The translations under genes and the position numbers were made by a program. The notes below the pieces were generated by a model. It was not told the origin of the DNA. It saw only the letters and a program-made list of their open reading frames with translations, and searched no databases. A stretch of DNA of 64,000 nucleotides, from NCBI GenBank assembly GCA_963706555.1, contig OY970164.1:4966816-5030815 (forward strand). Reading direction: 5' to 3'. Position 1 is the stretch's first letter; each line of letters opens with the position of its first letter. The DNA comes from an uncultured Acidimicrobiaceae bacterium (lineage in GTDB: Bacteria > Actinomycetota > Acidimicrobiia > Acidimicrobiales > RAAP-2). Shown piece after piece: positions 9,146 through 18,887 of this stretch.

Positions 9146-9918
9146 TCAGGCAACTATCCGGTACTCGTGGATGAGGCCGCCCAGACGATCGGTTGTTCGT
9201 AGCCTGGCGAGGTCGACGTCGCCGATCAGCGCAAGAGCCGTGTCGAGCGCGGACGGCGCACGCTGGTTGAGGGAACGGTGGGGACGATGCGAGTTGTAGT
9301 GCTCGACGTACTCGGCGAGCACGGTCTCCAGATGGCGGCGGCCGAGGATGAGCGTCCGGTCGAGGCACTCGCGCCGCAAGGTCCTGATCACACGCGCACA
9401 GCCCTTCGCCTGTGCAGAGAGGAACTCCGTCCAAGTCGGTCCGGATCGCCGCGGCGACGGCTCGACGCCGTGACGCTTCAGGATCGCCCAGACGCTCGAG
9501 GCGGCGATGACAATGCCCATGGTGCGAGCTCACCGTGGATGCGGCGGTAGCCCCACTGTGGATTCTCCTTCGCCAACCGGAGGACAAACGCCGTGGTTCC
9601 CTTCGCGATGCCCGGTCGACCGGGTCGGCCGTGCGGGTACGTCGAGCGCTTGGCGACGAGGTCCCGGTGCCAGCGCAGCAGGGTTGCTGGCTGAACGAAG
9701 AAGCGCCCGAGTCGTCGGCGCGGGAGCAGTCGTGCGAGCCCCGCCAGAACCGCCCGATCCGCCGGCTCCAACGCCGGTCGCTGGACCTGGGGTCTGAGCA
9801 CCGACACCTCGTGGCGCAGCAGGACGACCTCGATGGCGAGGTCCGTATCGCTGTGACACAAGAGCCAAACCAGCTGGAGGAGACGGCCGAACGCTCGGTA
9901 GAGGAATGAGAGGGTCAC
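9146..9918 (-). pseudogene. rve (integrase-core) DDE transposase relic: N-terminal and C-terminal parts present, catalytic core deleted, plus a frameshift
   Basis: VTLSFLYRAFGRLLQLVWLLCHSDTDLAIEVVLLRHEVSVLRPQV..ENPQWGYRRIHGEL reads in one frame. A frameshift follows, then GIVIAASSVWAILKRHGVEPSPRRSGPTWTEFLSAQAKG is joined directly to [53 protein letters not shown]. Confidence 0.8.
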
Positions 9919-10193
9919 TGCCGCATGCTCGCCGCGCGAGAGTCTGGACGTCAAAGCCCAGTTCACAGCCAATGGATGGCATTTTCGGCACCGACAGGAT
10001 GTTGATCGGTCCTCCAGTGTGGCGTCGACCCCCTGGTCGATACGCCCGCTGTCGACACCTGTCCGACTTTTCGCTTGGCGGTTGCCTGCCCGTCGCTGAT
10101 CCTCGGTGCTGCGTCGCCTACGACGCCACCACCTTGGCGAACTACAATCCTGGTCAAGCGCAGCATGCTGAGACCACAGCCTGGCCGATCTTG

Positions 10194-10249
10194 TCGTCAA
10201 GCTCCCTACCAATCCTCGTCGTCGTCAAGCTCCCTACCAATCCTCGTCG
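10194..10249. repeat. perfect 28-bp tandem duplication (2 units)
   Basis: tcgtcaagctccctaccaatcctcgtcg occurs at 10194-10221 and again at 10222-10249. The second unit contains the last codons and the stop of the DUF302-like gene. Confidence 0.95.
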
Positions 10250-10569
10250 ATCTCTTTCGATCCCAATGAAGCAAAGAGACTCGACGGACGGTCATAGGAG
10301 ACATCGGCGCGGCCGACCTGGTCGGCGAACACCGCCACCCCGAAGGGAGCGTACAGCGCAGCTGCCGGATCGGCGTTGAGAACCCGCCACGCGAGATGCG
10401 GATTGCCCACCAGGTAGCGGGTCGCTCCGAGTGGTTCGCCGTTCAGGCTCAAAAGAGCACCTTGATCGAGGCGTGCCAGTGCCACGAACCCGGTCGGCCC
10501 GAGGTACACGGCAACCGTAGATTCCACGTCAGCCCACGAGACGTCTCGCAGGACAAGGTCGAAAGACAC
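10234..10569 (-). CDS. DUF302-like protein
   Basis: 111 aa. ..RYLVGNPHLAWRVLNADPAAALYAPFGVAVFADQVG resembles the DUF302 core. Assigned from memory. Confidence 0.55.
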   Translation of the reverse strand: MSFDLVLRDVSWADVESTVAVYLGPTGFVALARLDQGALLSLNGEPLGATRYLVGNPHLAWRVLNADPAAALYAPFGVAVFADQVGRADVSYDRPSSLFASLGSKEIDEDW

Positions 10570-10733
10570 GTGGGGGTCGAGAAGCGGGATCTGCTCGTCG
10601 AGGCGGGGCCCTGGTGGTCTAAAAGTCGTAGCTGCTCTTGTACGTGATTCGGAGGGTGTACTGCTCGGTGTCGGTGTGCATTGGCGCTGCCGTCCGATCC
10701 GGGAGGTAAGCGTTCTTCTGGCGGTTTGCGCCG

Positions 10734-11649
10734 TTACCCATTATCAGTTGCTTTTTTGATCAGTTCAGCCACGGTTTCGGGCTGGTTCCACTGGGGCCAG
10801 TGTGAGGCGTTTTTCACTAGGTGAAGCGACGGTTCCCTGAACAGCCGGGCTATCTCGGCCGCAAGGGTCGGGTTCAGATAGCGATCCGCCTCGCCAAAGA
10901 TGAGCGAGACCGGAACCTCAAGGCGTTGGAGTACTCCGCCGTCGATGAGCCGCGTCCTGGCTGACCAATGCGTTAAACAGACCTGCGGTCCAGGCGCGGA
11001 TAGCTGCGAGGGCATCAGACTGGGCCGCGTCGCCGAAGAACTGCGGGAGGATTGACTGTACGGCCAGGCTGTCGGGGTCGACGGCATCCAACCCCCACTG
11101 GTCGGCGGTGTGCTGGAGCAGCCAGAGACGCTGGCCCTCGTCATTGAACATGGCGTCGGCGAGTGGTATGAGTGCCGGATCGGCGAGCAACCGGATCATC
11201 TCAGGCAGGTGCAGTGCGGGCTGGTGCCCAAACATAGTGTTGAGCAGAACCAGATGGGCTACTCGCTGGGGATGGGCGACGGCGAACGCAACCGCGTCCG
11301 GCCCGGAGGCGTCGTGACCGACAAGTACGGCACGGCTAATGCCGAGCTGGTCGAGCACAGCCGCCAGTTCGGACCCATGCTCATCGAGGGAGAATCCGGC
11401 GGCATCGGCGCGATCGGACCGACCGTATCCGAGCCAATCGAAGGCCACGGCCCGTCTGGGGGACAGCCACGGAAAGAGTTTGTCGTAGATCCGGTGATCA
11501 TCGGGAAAACCGTGCATCAGGATGATCGGGGGATCGTCACCGGATGTATCGCGCACGAAGACGCTGCCATGGGGCGTCTTGACTCGTCGCTCGCTGTAGA
11601 ACGCAACCGGTCCGGGCATAACTTCTATCGATTCATCCTGCGTTGTCAT
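10734..11649 (-). pseudogene. alpha/beta-fold hydrolase with one frameshift
   Basis: ORF 10918..11649 carries PPIILMHGFPDDHRIY..VLVGHDASGPDAV (nucleophile-elbow-like). The C-terminal part (SLIFGEADRYLNP..VKNASHWPQWNQPETV) lies in ORF 10734..11144 in a different frame. The shift is near 10930-10990. Confidence 0.75.
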
Positions 11650-11848
11650 TGCCGTCTCCCCTTTTGTCGATCAATCTGTGCTTGCTGTTCTTCGATTCAG
11701 TGAAGGCTGATTTCTTTTTCCATCGGCGCCAGCACATCTGCGCAAACTGTTCCGATGGACGGCAGTTCGGTTTGCGGTGGGACGTCCTCGCGGGTTTGCT
11801 GTAGGACGCGTCCAACGGCCGGCCCGTCGTCAGAACCACAGGAATGCA

Positions 11849-12637
11849 TCAACTAGCCGATCGGACGAACGCACCGCGTCGCACTCCCAAGGTGCCATCG
11901 GCGAGCGCTGCAGCGAAGTTGAGCACCCGAGCGAAGCCCTCCTCCAAGAGAATTGGCAGGGTGGGGCTCGAGGGAGGCCCATCGGCGAACGTCGTGTCGA
12001 ACCATGAGGTGGCCCACGCGGACTCGTCGACCCATTCGACCAGTTCGAAGCCCCCTTCGAGGATGGCGTCGCGCAGGTCATCAGAGGTGGCAAGGTGGCT
12101 GTCACTCCCATCCATCGACCACGGCAAGGGCCATGAAAGCTCCGCTCCCGACGTGCGGCAGACCTCCCACACAGCGAATCTGGCGCCAGGCGCAAACCGC
12201 TGCGCGATCTCGGCGAACCACTGCCGCTTTGTTTCAATATTCATCTGGACGTGCATGGTGTACCCGGCGTCAAACGGCCGCTTGAGCGCGAGGTCGGCGA
12301 TATCGCTATGGACGAAGCGGACACGATCCGACAGCCCGCAGCGGTCGGTCAGTTCGACGGCCGCCTCGACGTAGGCCTCGGTGATGTCCACGCCAGTCAC
12401 CCGGCAGCCCGAGGCCATGGCCACCTGGCGGGCCGGACCGCCGAGACCCGACCCGATGTCGAGGACGATGTCCCACGACGACGGCATCAGGGTGACCAGT
12501 AAGCGCTCGACAGCCTGGGAACCTCCCACGTGGTATTGGTCGAGGTACTGCAGTCCCTCGGTTGTCGTCCCATCGGTCACGCCTTCGGGCACGAGGTGGT
12601 CGATGGTGCTGATTAGGTCTTTCTCGGTATAAGTCAT
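11849..12637 (-). CDS. class I SAM-dependent methyltransferase
   Basis: 262 aa with motif I VLDIGSGLGGPARQVA and post-I VTGVDIT. Confidence 0.8.
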   Translation of the reverse strand: MTYTEKDLISTIDHLVPEGVTDGTTTEGLQYLDQYHVGGSQAVERLLVTLMPSSWDIVLDIGSGLGGPARQVAMASGCRVTGVDITEAYVEAAVELTDRCGLSDRVRFVHSDIADLALKRPFDAGYTMHVQMNIETKRQWFAEIAQRFAPGARFAVWEVCRTSGAELSWPLPWSMDGSDSHLATSDDLRDAILEGGFELVEWVDESAWATSWFDTTFADGPPSSPTLPILLEEGFARVLNFAAALADGTLGVRRGAFVRSAS

Positions 12638-12720
12638 GTCGCTCCTAAATCGATCGGGGTGTCGCGTGGTTGGCAGGCGCTGTGGAGAGTCGTGTGCAGT
12701 CAGGATGGAGCAGTCGGGCG

Positions 12721-14421
12721 TCAGCCAGCTTCACGGGCGCCCCGGTCGACGAAGACAGCAGCGGCATCGTCGAACTTGGCCATCGGTGGCTCACTGGCGA
12801 CCGCTGACGTAGCGCTTCTTGGCGCTGGTTGGGCTCCCAAAGACGAGCGCATGGCTCCAAGGTGATCGGTTTGATCCGCGATGTCCCCCGGTTGTCTCGG
12901 TCGGGCCGGTAGGAACGCAATGGCGACGACTACCCCGACGACGGTGACGGCTCCGACAACCCGGCAACCGCCCGCCAAGCTGTGGAGGAATGCATTGGTG
13001 GCTGAGTGGGCGAGCTCATGTGCCGTCTGGCCAAACCCGAGCTTGGCGAGCTCGTGCGAGGCGATGATCGCTCCTCCGACGGAGCCCTTTGCGCCCGCGA
13101 CGGCTCGCCCAGGGATTCCCGGCGGCAACTCCGACGCCAGTCGCCTCGTGTACAGGGACGTGGCCACGCTGCCAATGACCGCCACCCCGAGCGTCCCGCC
13201 GAAGAGACGGGTGGCATCGTTGACGGCGGATCCCACTCCCGCCTTGGCCGCTGGTACCGCACCCATGATCGCCTCGGTGGCCGGAGCGCTGGTAAGACCC
13301 ATCCCTGAACCGAGGAACAGCATCTGACCGACGATGACAAGGTAGGTGGTGGATGCAGAAGCCGTCGATGACCACAAGAGTCCGGTCGCGAACAACAACA
13401 ACCCGGCTCCGACGATCAGCTTGTTTCCCACGCGAACGGCGAGTTTCGTGCCCAGCACCGATGTCACTGCCACGGAACCGGCGACAGGTAGAAGACGGAC
13501 CCCGGTCCCGAGTGGCGTGTATCCCTTCACGATTTGGAAGTACTGGACAACGAGGAAGATGAAACCCGAGAGAGCGAAGAAGGAGATGGCGACCGAGCCA
13601 CTGGCTGCCGTGAACCCAGGATTGCGAAAGAGGCCCACGTCAAGCATGGGGTGCTCCGTCCGCTGCTCGACCAGGAAAAAAATGATGAGTAGCGCCAGGC
13701 CGCCAACGATGCATCCCAAGGCGGCCGAAGATCTCCACCCCCAGTCCGGTCCTTCGATCACGCCGAAGATCAACACCGCCATACCTGCCGCCGACAGCAC
13801 CAGACCCCGCCAGTCGAACGGAGGGGTACTCGGATCCCGCGAGCCCGGCACCGAAACTGCGACGAGGACCGCTACACCCGCGGCGGCGACGGCCATGAAG
13901 GCAAAGATGCTGCCCCACCAGTAGCGCTCCAGGAGCCACCCACCGACGATTGGACCAGTCGCGATGCCGATCCCGGTCGTCGCACCCCACAGACCGATCG
14001 CCATGGCGCGTTCGCCGCGTTCAGTGAACACATTGACGAGCAAGGAGAGCGTCGAGGGGAACATGAGAGCCGCTCCAAGACCCATGAAAGCGCGGGAAGC
14101 CATGAGTTCGGCGATGGTCCCGGAAAGTGCTCCGGTCAGGCTGCCAACGGCGAATACGGCCAACCCAATAAGTAGAACGCCTTTACGGCCCAGACGGTCG
14201 CTCAGACTTCCCGCCGCCAAGACCAAGGCGGCGAATACCAGGCTGTAGGCGTCGACGATCCACTGGAGCTGCGTCGTAGATGCCCCGAGCCGCCACACCA
14301 GCGTCGGCAGGGCCACGTTGACGATCGTCACGTCCACGCTGATGATGAAGGCTGCGAGACACAGCGCCACGAGGACGGCCGCCCGACTTCGCCGCGCAAG
14401 TGCGTGAGAACGGACGGTCAT
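12721..14421 (-). CDS. MFS transporter, DHA2 (EmrB/QacA-like, 14-TMS type)
   Basis: The ORF runs to 14466; the likely start is M16 (MTVRSHALARRSRAAVLVALCLAAFIISVDVTIVNVALPTL). GSLSDRLGRKGVLL motif and many TM segments. Confidence 0.85.
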   Translation of the reverse strand: MTVRSHALARRSRAAVLVALCLAAFIISVDVTIVNVALPTLVWRLGASTTQLQWIVDAYSLVFAALVLAAGSLSDRLGRKGVLLIGLAVFAVGSLTGALSGTIAELMASRAFMGLGAALMFPSTLSLLVNVFTERGERAMAIGLWGATTGIGIATGPIVGGWLLERYWWGSIFAFMAVAAAGVAVLVAVSVPGSRDPSTPPFDWRGLVLSAAGMAVLIFGVIEGPDWGWRSSAALGCIVGGLALLIIFFLVEQRTEHPMLDVGLFRNPGFTAASGSVAISFFALSGFIFLVVQYFQIVKGYTPLGTGVRLLPVAGSVAVTSVLGTKLAVRVGNKLIVGAGLLLFATGLLWSSTASASTTYLVIVGQMLFLGSGMGLTSAPATEAIMGAVPAAKAGVGSAVNDATRLFGGTLGVAVIGSVATSLYTRRLASELPPGIPGRAVAGAKGSVGGAIIASHELAKLGFGQTAHELAHSATNAFLHSLAGGCRVVGAVTVVGVVVAIAFLPARPRQPGDIADQTDHLGAMRSSLGAQPAPRSATSAVASEPPMAKFDDAAAVFVDRGAREAG

Positions 14422-14671
14422 GATGTTCTCCTTTGGAGTCGACTGTTGGGGTTGTCGTAGGTACAACGCGCCGACGGGAGGCGAGGACCAGCGAGCCGTG
14501 ACTTCTTTGATCCGGCCTTGTCTCTGCTCGTTCGCACTGCTCTGGAATCGACTCGGGCACGGTGTGTGCGTCGGGATCCTTCGGCTTCTGCAAGCCGACT
14601 ACGGACCCGCTCCGCGGCCAGCGCCTCGAGTTGGCTGTTAGTGGTGCATGACGTCCCCTTTCTAGGGTGAG

Positions 14672-14688
14672 ACTTTATAATCTAAAGT
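14672..14688. promoter_or_regulatory. inverted repeat in the AT-rich divergent intergenic region (candidate HxlR operator)
   Basis: ACTTTA-taatc-TAAAGT lies within the only strongly AT-rich stretch here (14650-14740), between the divergent MFS and HxlR genes. Confidence 0.35.
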
Positions 14689-14742
14689 ACAAAGCACAAT
14701 GTAGTCAAGTAGAAATCCTAAACATTTTCAAGCACAGGTGAT

Positions 14743-15390
14743 ATGATGAGAGGAATGCGTTCCTATGACCAGTACTGCGCCGTGGCCAGAGCTCTCGACG
14801 TCGTAGGTGACCGTTGGACCCTGCTCATCGTCCGCGAGCTGCTCATACAGCCCTGTCGCTATGGCGAGTTGCAGGACGGGCTTCCCGGCGTGGCGACCAA
14901 TCTTTTGGCCGAGCGCTTGCGCCATCTCGATGAGAGCGGCGTGGTTACCCGCGACGAGCAGGGCCGCTACGAACTGACGGCTTGGGGAAAGAGACTCGCC
15001 ACCCCCGTGCGCGAGCTCGTTCGTTGGGCCGCTCCGCTTATGACCGAGAAGCAGAGTGGCGATTCCTTTCGGAGCCGCTGGCTGGAGATTCCGCTGGACT
15101 TGATGTTCGGAGGACTCGACCCGAACCGACCTGACCTCGAGGTCGAAGTCCGAGCCGGAGGTGAGGAAGCGGTGACGCTCGTGTCGAGAAATGGCGAAGT
15201 TGGTTCCCATTCGGGGCCCGCTGACTCGCCAGATGTCGTGGTGTCCGGCCCAGCGGACACGATCATCGGTCTCTTGGCTGGACGTCTCGACAAAGACGCC
15301 GCCGCTGAGGGGGGTGTGAGCATCCTCGGAGACTTCGCGCAGGTTGCGCGACTGCGTCAGCCCGACTGGCTCAGTGAACCGTCCTCGTAG
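14743..15390 (+). CDS. HxlR-family winged-helix transcriptional regulator with a C-terminal extension
   Basis: CAVARALDVVGDRWTLLIVRELLIQPCRYGELQDGLPGVATNLLAERLRHLDESGVV is the canonical HxlR pattern. Confidence 0.85.
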   Translation: MMRGMRSYDQYCAVARALDVVGDRWTLLIVRELLIQPCRYGELQDGLPGVATNLLAERLRHLDESGVVTRDEQGRYELTAWGKRLATPVRELVRWAAPLMTEKQSGDSFRSRWLEIPLDLMFGGLDPNRPDLEVEVRAGGEEAVTLVSRNGEVGSHSGPADSPDVVVSGPADTIIGLLAGRLDKDAAAEGGVSILGDFAQVARLRQPDWLSEPSS

Positions 15391-16070
15391 GCCCTCTGTC
15401 AGTGTGTCGCGTCCTAGGTTTCTCGACCCTACGTCCGTCGACGGTGATTTCTGTCTGAATGAATAGCGCAGTGGTCGTGCGAGTCTCAGGAAATTATTTC
15501 AAATCCTCAGAATCATTGAGCTCTGGACGTTTCCCGCCCAGAGCTCTCGCACAGACATCGTAGATTTAGGCCGGCCCTGCAGCGCCCACACCAATGCTTA
15601 TCGCCCGCATGAGGAACGGCATGCTGCATTCGTCGGACGGCTCGGGCTGGGCAAACTGGTCGTCAGATGGCGATCCATCAACGGGGCGCCGCTGATGGGA
15701 GCAGTGGTCGAAGCGTCGACTGTCTCATCTGGTTGTCCGAGGATGCGCCTCATGAAGAACTGCCCCGCAGGCACTGGCGAGCTTCCTCTCAAAGGTCCCT
15801 CGAGTTCGCCAAGGGGTGCCGTCGCGTACGACCGGTATTGACCCGTTATCCGTTTGAATTGTTCGAAGACATCATGGGGGAAGCCGACCTCTGCTTTTCG
15901 TTCATCCGTCCTGCAGGCCTGCACCTATGACGACAGGGGGCGCGGTATTAGCTACCGCGAAGTCAATAGTCCTACGGTTCGAGGCCATCGTTGTCGACCC
16001 GGGCTCAAAACGCGAGCACCGTTGCCCTACTTTCTTCGAGGGAAACTAGCTAAAGTCATGGACGCAGCAT

Positions 16071-18782
16071 ATGAGTGACTTTCTTCCCTTCGTCGTCATC
16101 GGTGTAACGACGGGATCGGTGTACGGGCTGGCGGGGATGGGTCTTGTGCTGACCTACCGGACCTCGGGAATCTTCAACTTCGCGTTCGGCTCGATGGCCT
16201 CCGTAGCGGTCCTGCTCTTCTACGCGCTCGTTAGTAGGGCCGATGTGCCGTGGCAGCTCGCCGCCGTGCTCGCGATTTTGGGAATCGGTCCGGCTCTGGG
16301 CGTCGCCTTCGAGAGGCTGGCGCGCCGGCTAACGCCGTTGGCGACGAGTGACAAGGTGCTGGCGACAATTGGCCTTGTTCTGCTCATCGAAGGTGCGACC
16401 ACCCTGTGGGGATCCGACGCCTATGGACCCGGTCTGGTGGTCTCCCACCCGTCACTTCCTGGCACTGCCGTGAGAATCCTCGGCGTGAACGTTGGTGTCG
16501 ACCAGATCATCATCGTGGCGGTAGGTCTGGTCATGGCCGCGGTGCTGCACCTGGTTCTCGAGCACACCAGGATCGGTTGTTCCATGCGAGCGGTCGTCGA
16601 CAACCCGGACCTCCTTGCGATGACGGGGGTCAACCCGACGCGAGCACAACAAGCGGGTTGGGCGCTCGGGATCGGGTTCGTGACCCTGTCGGGCATGCTG
16701 TTGGTGCTGTCGCCGAACTACAACGTGACCGTGGCCACGCTGTTCCTTCTCTTTGTGCAGTCGTTCGGTGCGGCGGCCATCGGCGGGTTCTCCAACCTTC
16801 CTCTCACATACCTCGGGGGCATCGTGGTCGGCGTCATCGCCGCCCTCACAACCAAATACGTCACCACGATCAGCGTCCTCGGCGGACTGCCGACGAGCAT
16901 TCCCTTTCTGGTCCTGCTCATCGTGTTCGTACTCCCAAACCACCTGGCACCCGAACGGTCATCGATCGACCGGCCCCCGACCCGTCGGGTGCTGACAGTT
17001 CCCCGCTGGTGGCGCTGGCCGCTTCTGGCGGCCGCCGCGTCGGCGCTCTTACTCGTACCGCTGTCGAAGAACATGCATCTCGTCGACGTCTCGAACGAGG
17101 GGTTGTCCTACGCCATTCTCTTTCTCGGTTTGGCCCTTCTGGTGCGGACATCGGGTCAGGTGTCGCTGTGCCAAATGGGGCTGGCGGCGATCGGTGCGAC
17201 GACCTTCGCGCATCTGTCGGCGACGTTCGGGGTCCCCTGGTTCGCGGCGTTGTTCATCGGCGGCCTTGCCGGCGCAGCCGTGGGCGCGCTGGTTGCCGTC
17301 CCCGCCATCCGGGTGGTCGGCATCTATCTGGCCATTGCGACGTTTGGCTTCGGTATCGTGCTGGAGTACCTCGGGTATCCGACCAAACTGATGTTCGGAG
17401 AGGGCCTGATGACGGTACCGCGTCCGGTGATCGGTCCCTTCAACGCTGCCGACGATGTGACCTTCTACGTCGTCGTGCTCGCAGTGTTCCTCTGTGCCTT
17501 GTTGATGACCTCCGGCATACGACGAGCACGCCTCGGCCGGCTTCTGCGGGCGCTCGGAGACTCTCCTCGGGCACTTCAAGCACAGGGAATCTCCCTCAAC
17601 GTCACCAAAGTGGCCGTGTTCGCCATCGCCGCGTTCCTCGCCGGGGTGGGTGGAGCGCTTCTCGTTTCGCAGAACCAGTTCTTGACCGATGGGCCGTTTG
17701 ACCCGGTCAATTCGCTGACCGTGGTCGTGGTCGTCCTCATTCTGCGCATGGGCCAGCCACTCACCTCATTGCTGGCCGCCGGCGCGTACGTCGTCGTCCC
17801 TTCGTACCTCGGCGCACAGGGGCAGATCTGGTGGCTCTATGTGGGCTTTGGCGCGGCCGCTGTGCTGAGCGCAGTCATGGGATCGTTCGGATGGATCCCA
17901 CGTCTCCAGTGGGCGGCGCGTCCGGTGCCGCGCCATGTCGCCACCCGACAATCGGCGGGCTCTCCATCGGAACATCCGTCGGCTCTCCTTCGAAGGGATA
18001 GGGGTTCCGAGGGTCAGGTGGCGTCGACCAGGGGGCTCGACATTGACCACGTCACCGTGCGCTTCGGTGGGGTCCTCGCGGTTGATGACCTCTCCCTTCG
18101 TGCCCCCGTTGGTCGCATCACGGGCTTGATCGGGCCCAACGGGGCGGGCAAGACAACGACCTTCAACGTCTGCTCGGGCCTTGTGGGGCCGACGTCCGGC
18201 CGCGTGTTGCTCGCAGGCCACGACATCTCCAAGCTCGACACGTCAGCCCGGGCGCGACGAGGACTCGGACGGTCGTTTCAGATGGCCCACCTGTTTTGGT
18301 CCATGACGGTCCGACAGAATGTGGAGCTGGGGCGCGAGGGCTCCCTGGCCGGCAAGCGCGTCCTGTCGCATTTCGTGGCTGCCCCAGGGCAGGCCGCGCA
18401 GGTTCGGGCAGCAGCCTCGGAGGCCATGGAGCTGGTCGGCATCGCGCCGATCGCAGACCGTGAGATCGCGACTCTTTCGACAGCTGAACGTCGGTTGGTG
18501 GAACTGGCCCGATGCCTCGCCGGTCGGTTCGACGTATTGTTGCTAGACGAGCCTTCTGCGGGTCTGGACCATGCGGAGGCTCGAAGGTTCGCGACCGTCC
18601 TCACCGAGGTCGTCGATGCCCGAGGAGTCGGCGTGTTGCTGGTCGAGCACAACATGTCAATGGTTATGGACATCTGCGACCCGGTCAACGTGCTCGACTT
18701 CGGGCGCCTCATCTTTTCGGGTCCACCAGCGGATGTGGCGAACAGTGAGGTGGTCCGTGCCGCGTACCTCGGCATCGAGTAA
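16071..18782 (+). CDS. fused branched-chain amino-acid-type ABC transporter: LivH-like permease + LivM-like permease + LivG-like ATPase in one 903-aa polypeptide
   Basis: N-terminus FVVIGVTTGSVYGLAGMGLVLTYRTSGIFNFAFG (LivH). The middle part has about 10 further TMS (LivM-like). C-terminus GLIGPNGAGKTTTFNVCSG..LSTAERRLVELARCL..LLLDEPSAGL (ABC ATPase). Confidence 0.85.
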   Translation: MSDFLPFVVIGVTTGSVYGLAGMGLVLTYRTSGIFNFAFGSMASVAVLLFYALVSRADVPWQLAAVLAILGIGPALGVAFERLARRLTPLATSDKVLATIGLVLLIEGATTLWGSDAYGPGLVVSHPSLPGTAVRILGVNVGVDQIIIVAVGLVMAAVLHLVLEHTRIGCSMRAVVDNPDLLAMTGVNPTRAQQAGWALGIGFVTLSGMLLVLSPNYNVTVATLFLLFVQSFGAAAIGGFSNLPLTYLGGIVVGVIAALTTKYVTTISVLGGLPTSIPFLVLLIVFVLPNHLAPERSSIDRPPTRRVLTVPRWWRWPLLAAAASALLLVPLSKNMHLVDVSNEGLSYAILFLGLALLVRTSGQVSLCQMGLAAIGATTFAHLSATFGVPWFAALFIGGLAGAAVGALVAVPAIRVVGIYLAIATFGFGIVLEYLGYPTKLMFGEGLMTVPRPVIGPFNAADDVTFYVVVLAVFLCALLMTSGIRRARLGRLLRALGDSPRALQAQGISLNVTKVAVFAIAAFLAGVGGALLVSQNQFLTDGPFDPVNSLTVVVVVLILRMGQPLTSLLAAGAYVVVPSYLGAQGQIWWLYVGFGAAAVLSAVMGSFGWIPRLQWAARPVPRHVATRQSAGSPSEHPSALLRRDRGSEGQVASTRGLDIDHVTVRFGGVLAVDDLSLRAPVGRITGLIGPNGAGKTTTFNVCSGLVGPTSGRVLLAGHDISKLDTSARARRGLGRSFQMAHLFWSMTVRQNVELGREGSLAGKRVLSHFVAAPGQAAQVRAAASEAMELVGIAPIADREIATLSTAERRLVELARCLAGRFDVLLLDEPSAGLDHAEARRFATVLTEVVDARGVGVLLVEHNMSMVMDICDPVNVLDFGRLIFSGPPADVANSEVVRAAYLGIE

Positions 18783-18887
18783 GGCCGGGCGACGACGCTG
18801 GTGCCGAAGCTGGCCGATCCCCAGTGACCCATCCTCAAGTGGTCACGATTGTCCTCGCCCAGCGGGGTTCACGCTCCCACTGAACCG

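Noticed and set aside
15391-16070. Possible gene (for example a LivK-like binding protein) upstream of the fused ABC transporter
   Set aside because: Only short, mutually overlapping ORFs of 74-108 aa occur here, with no motifs. I could not support any coding call.
16406-17701. 431-aa ORF in a second frame of the LivH-LivM-LivG gene
   Set aside because: The translation is Arg/Pro/Gly-rich and low-complexity, and the overlapping frame has unmistakable permease and ATPase motifs.
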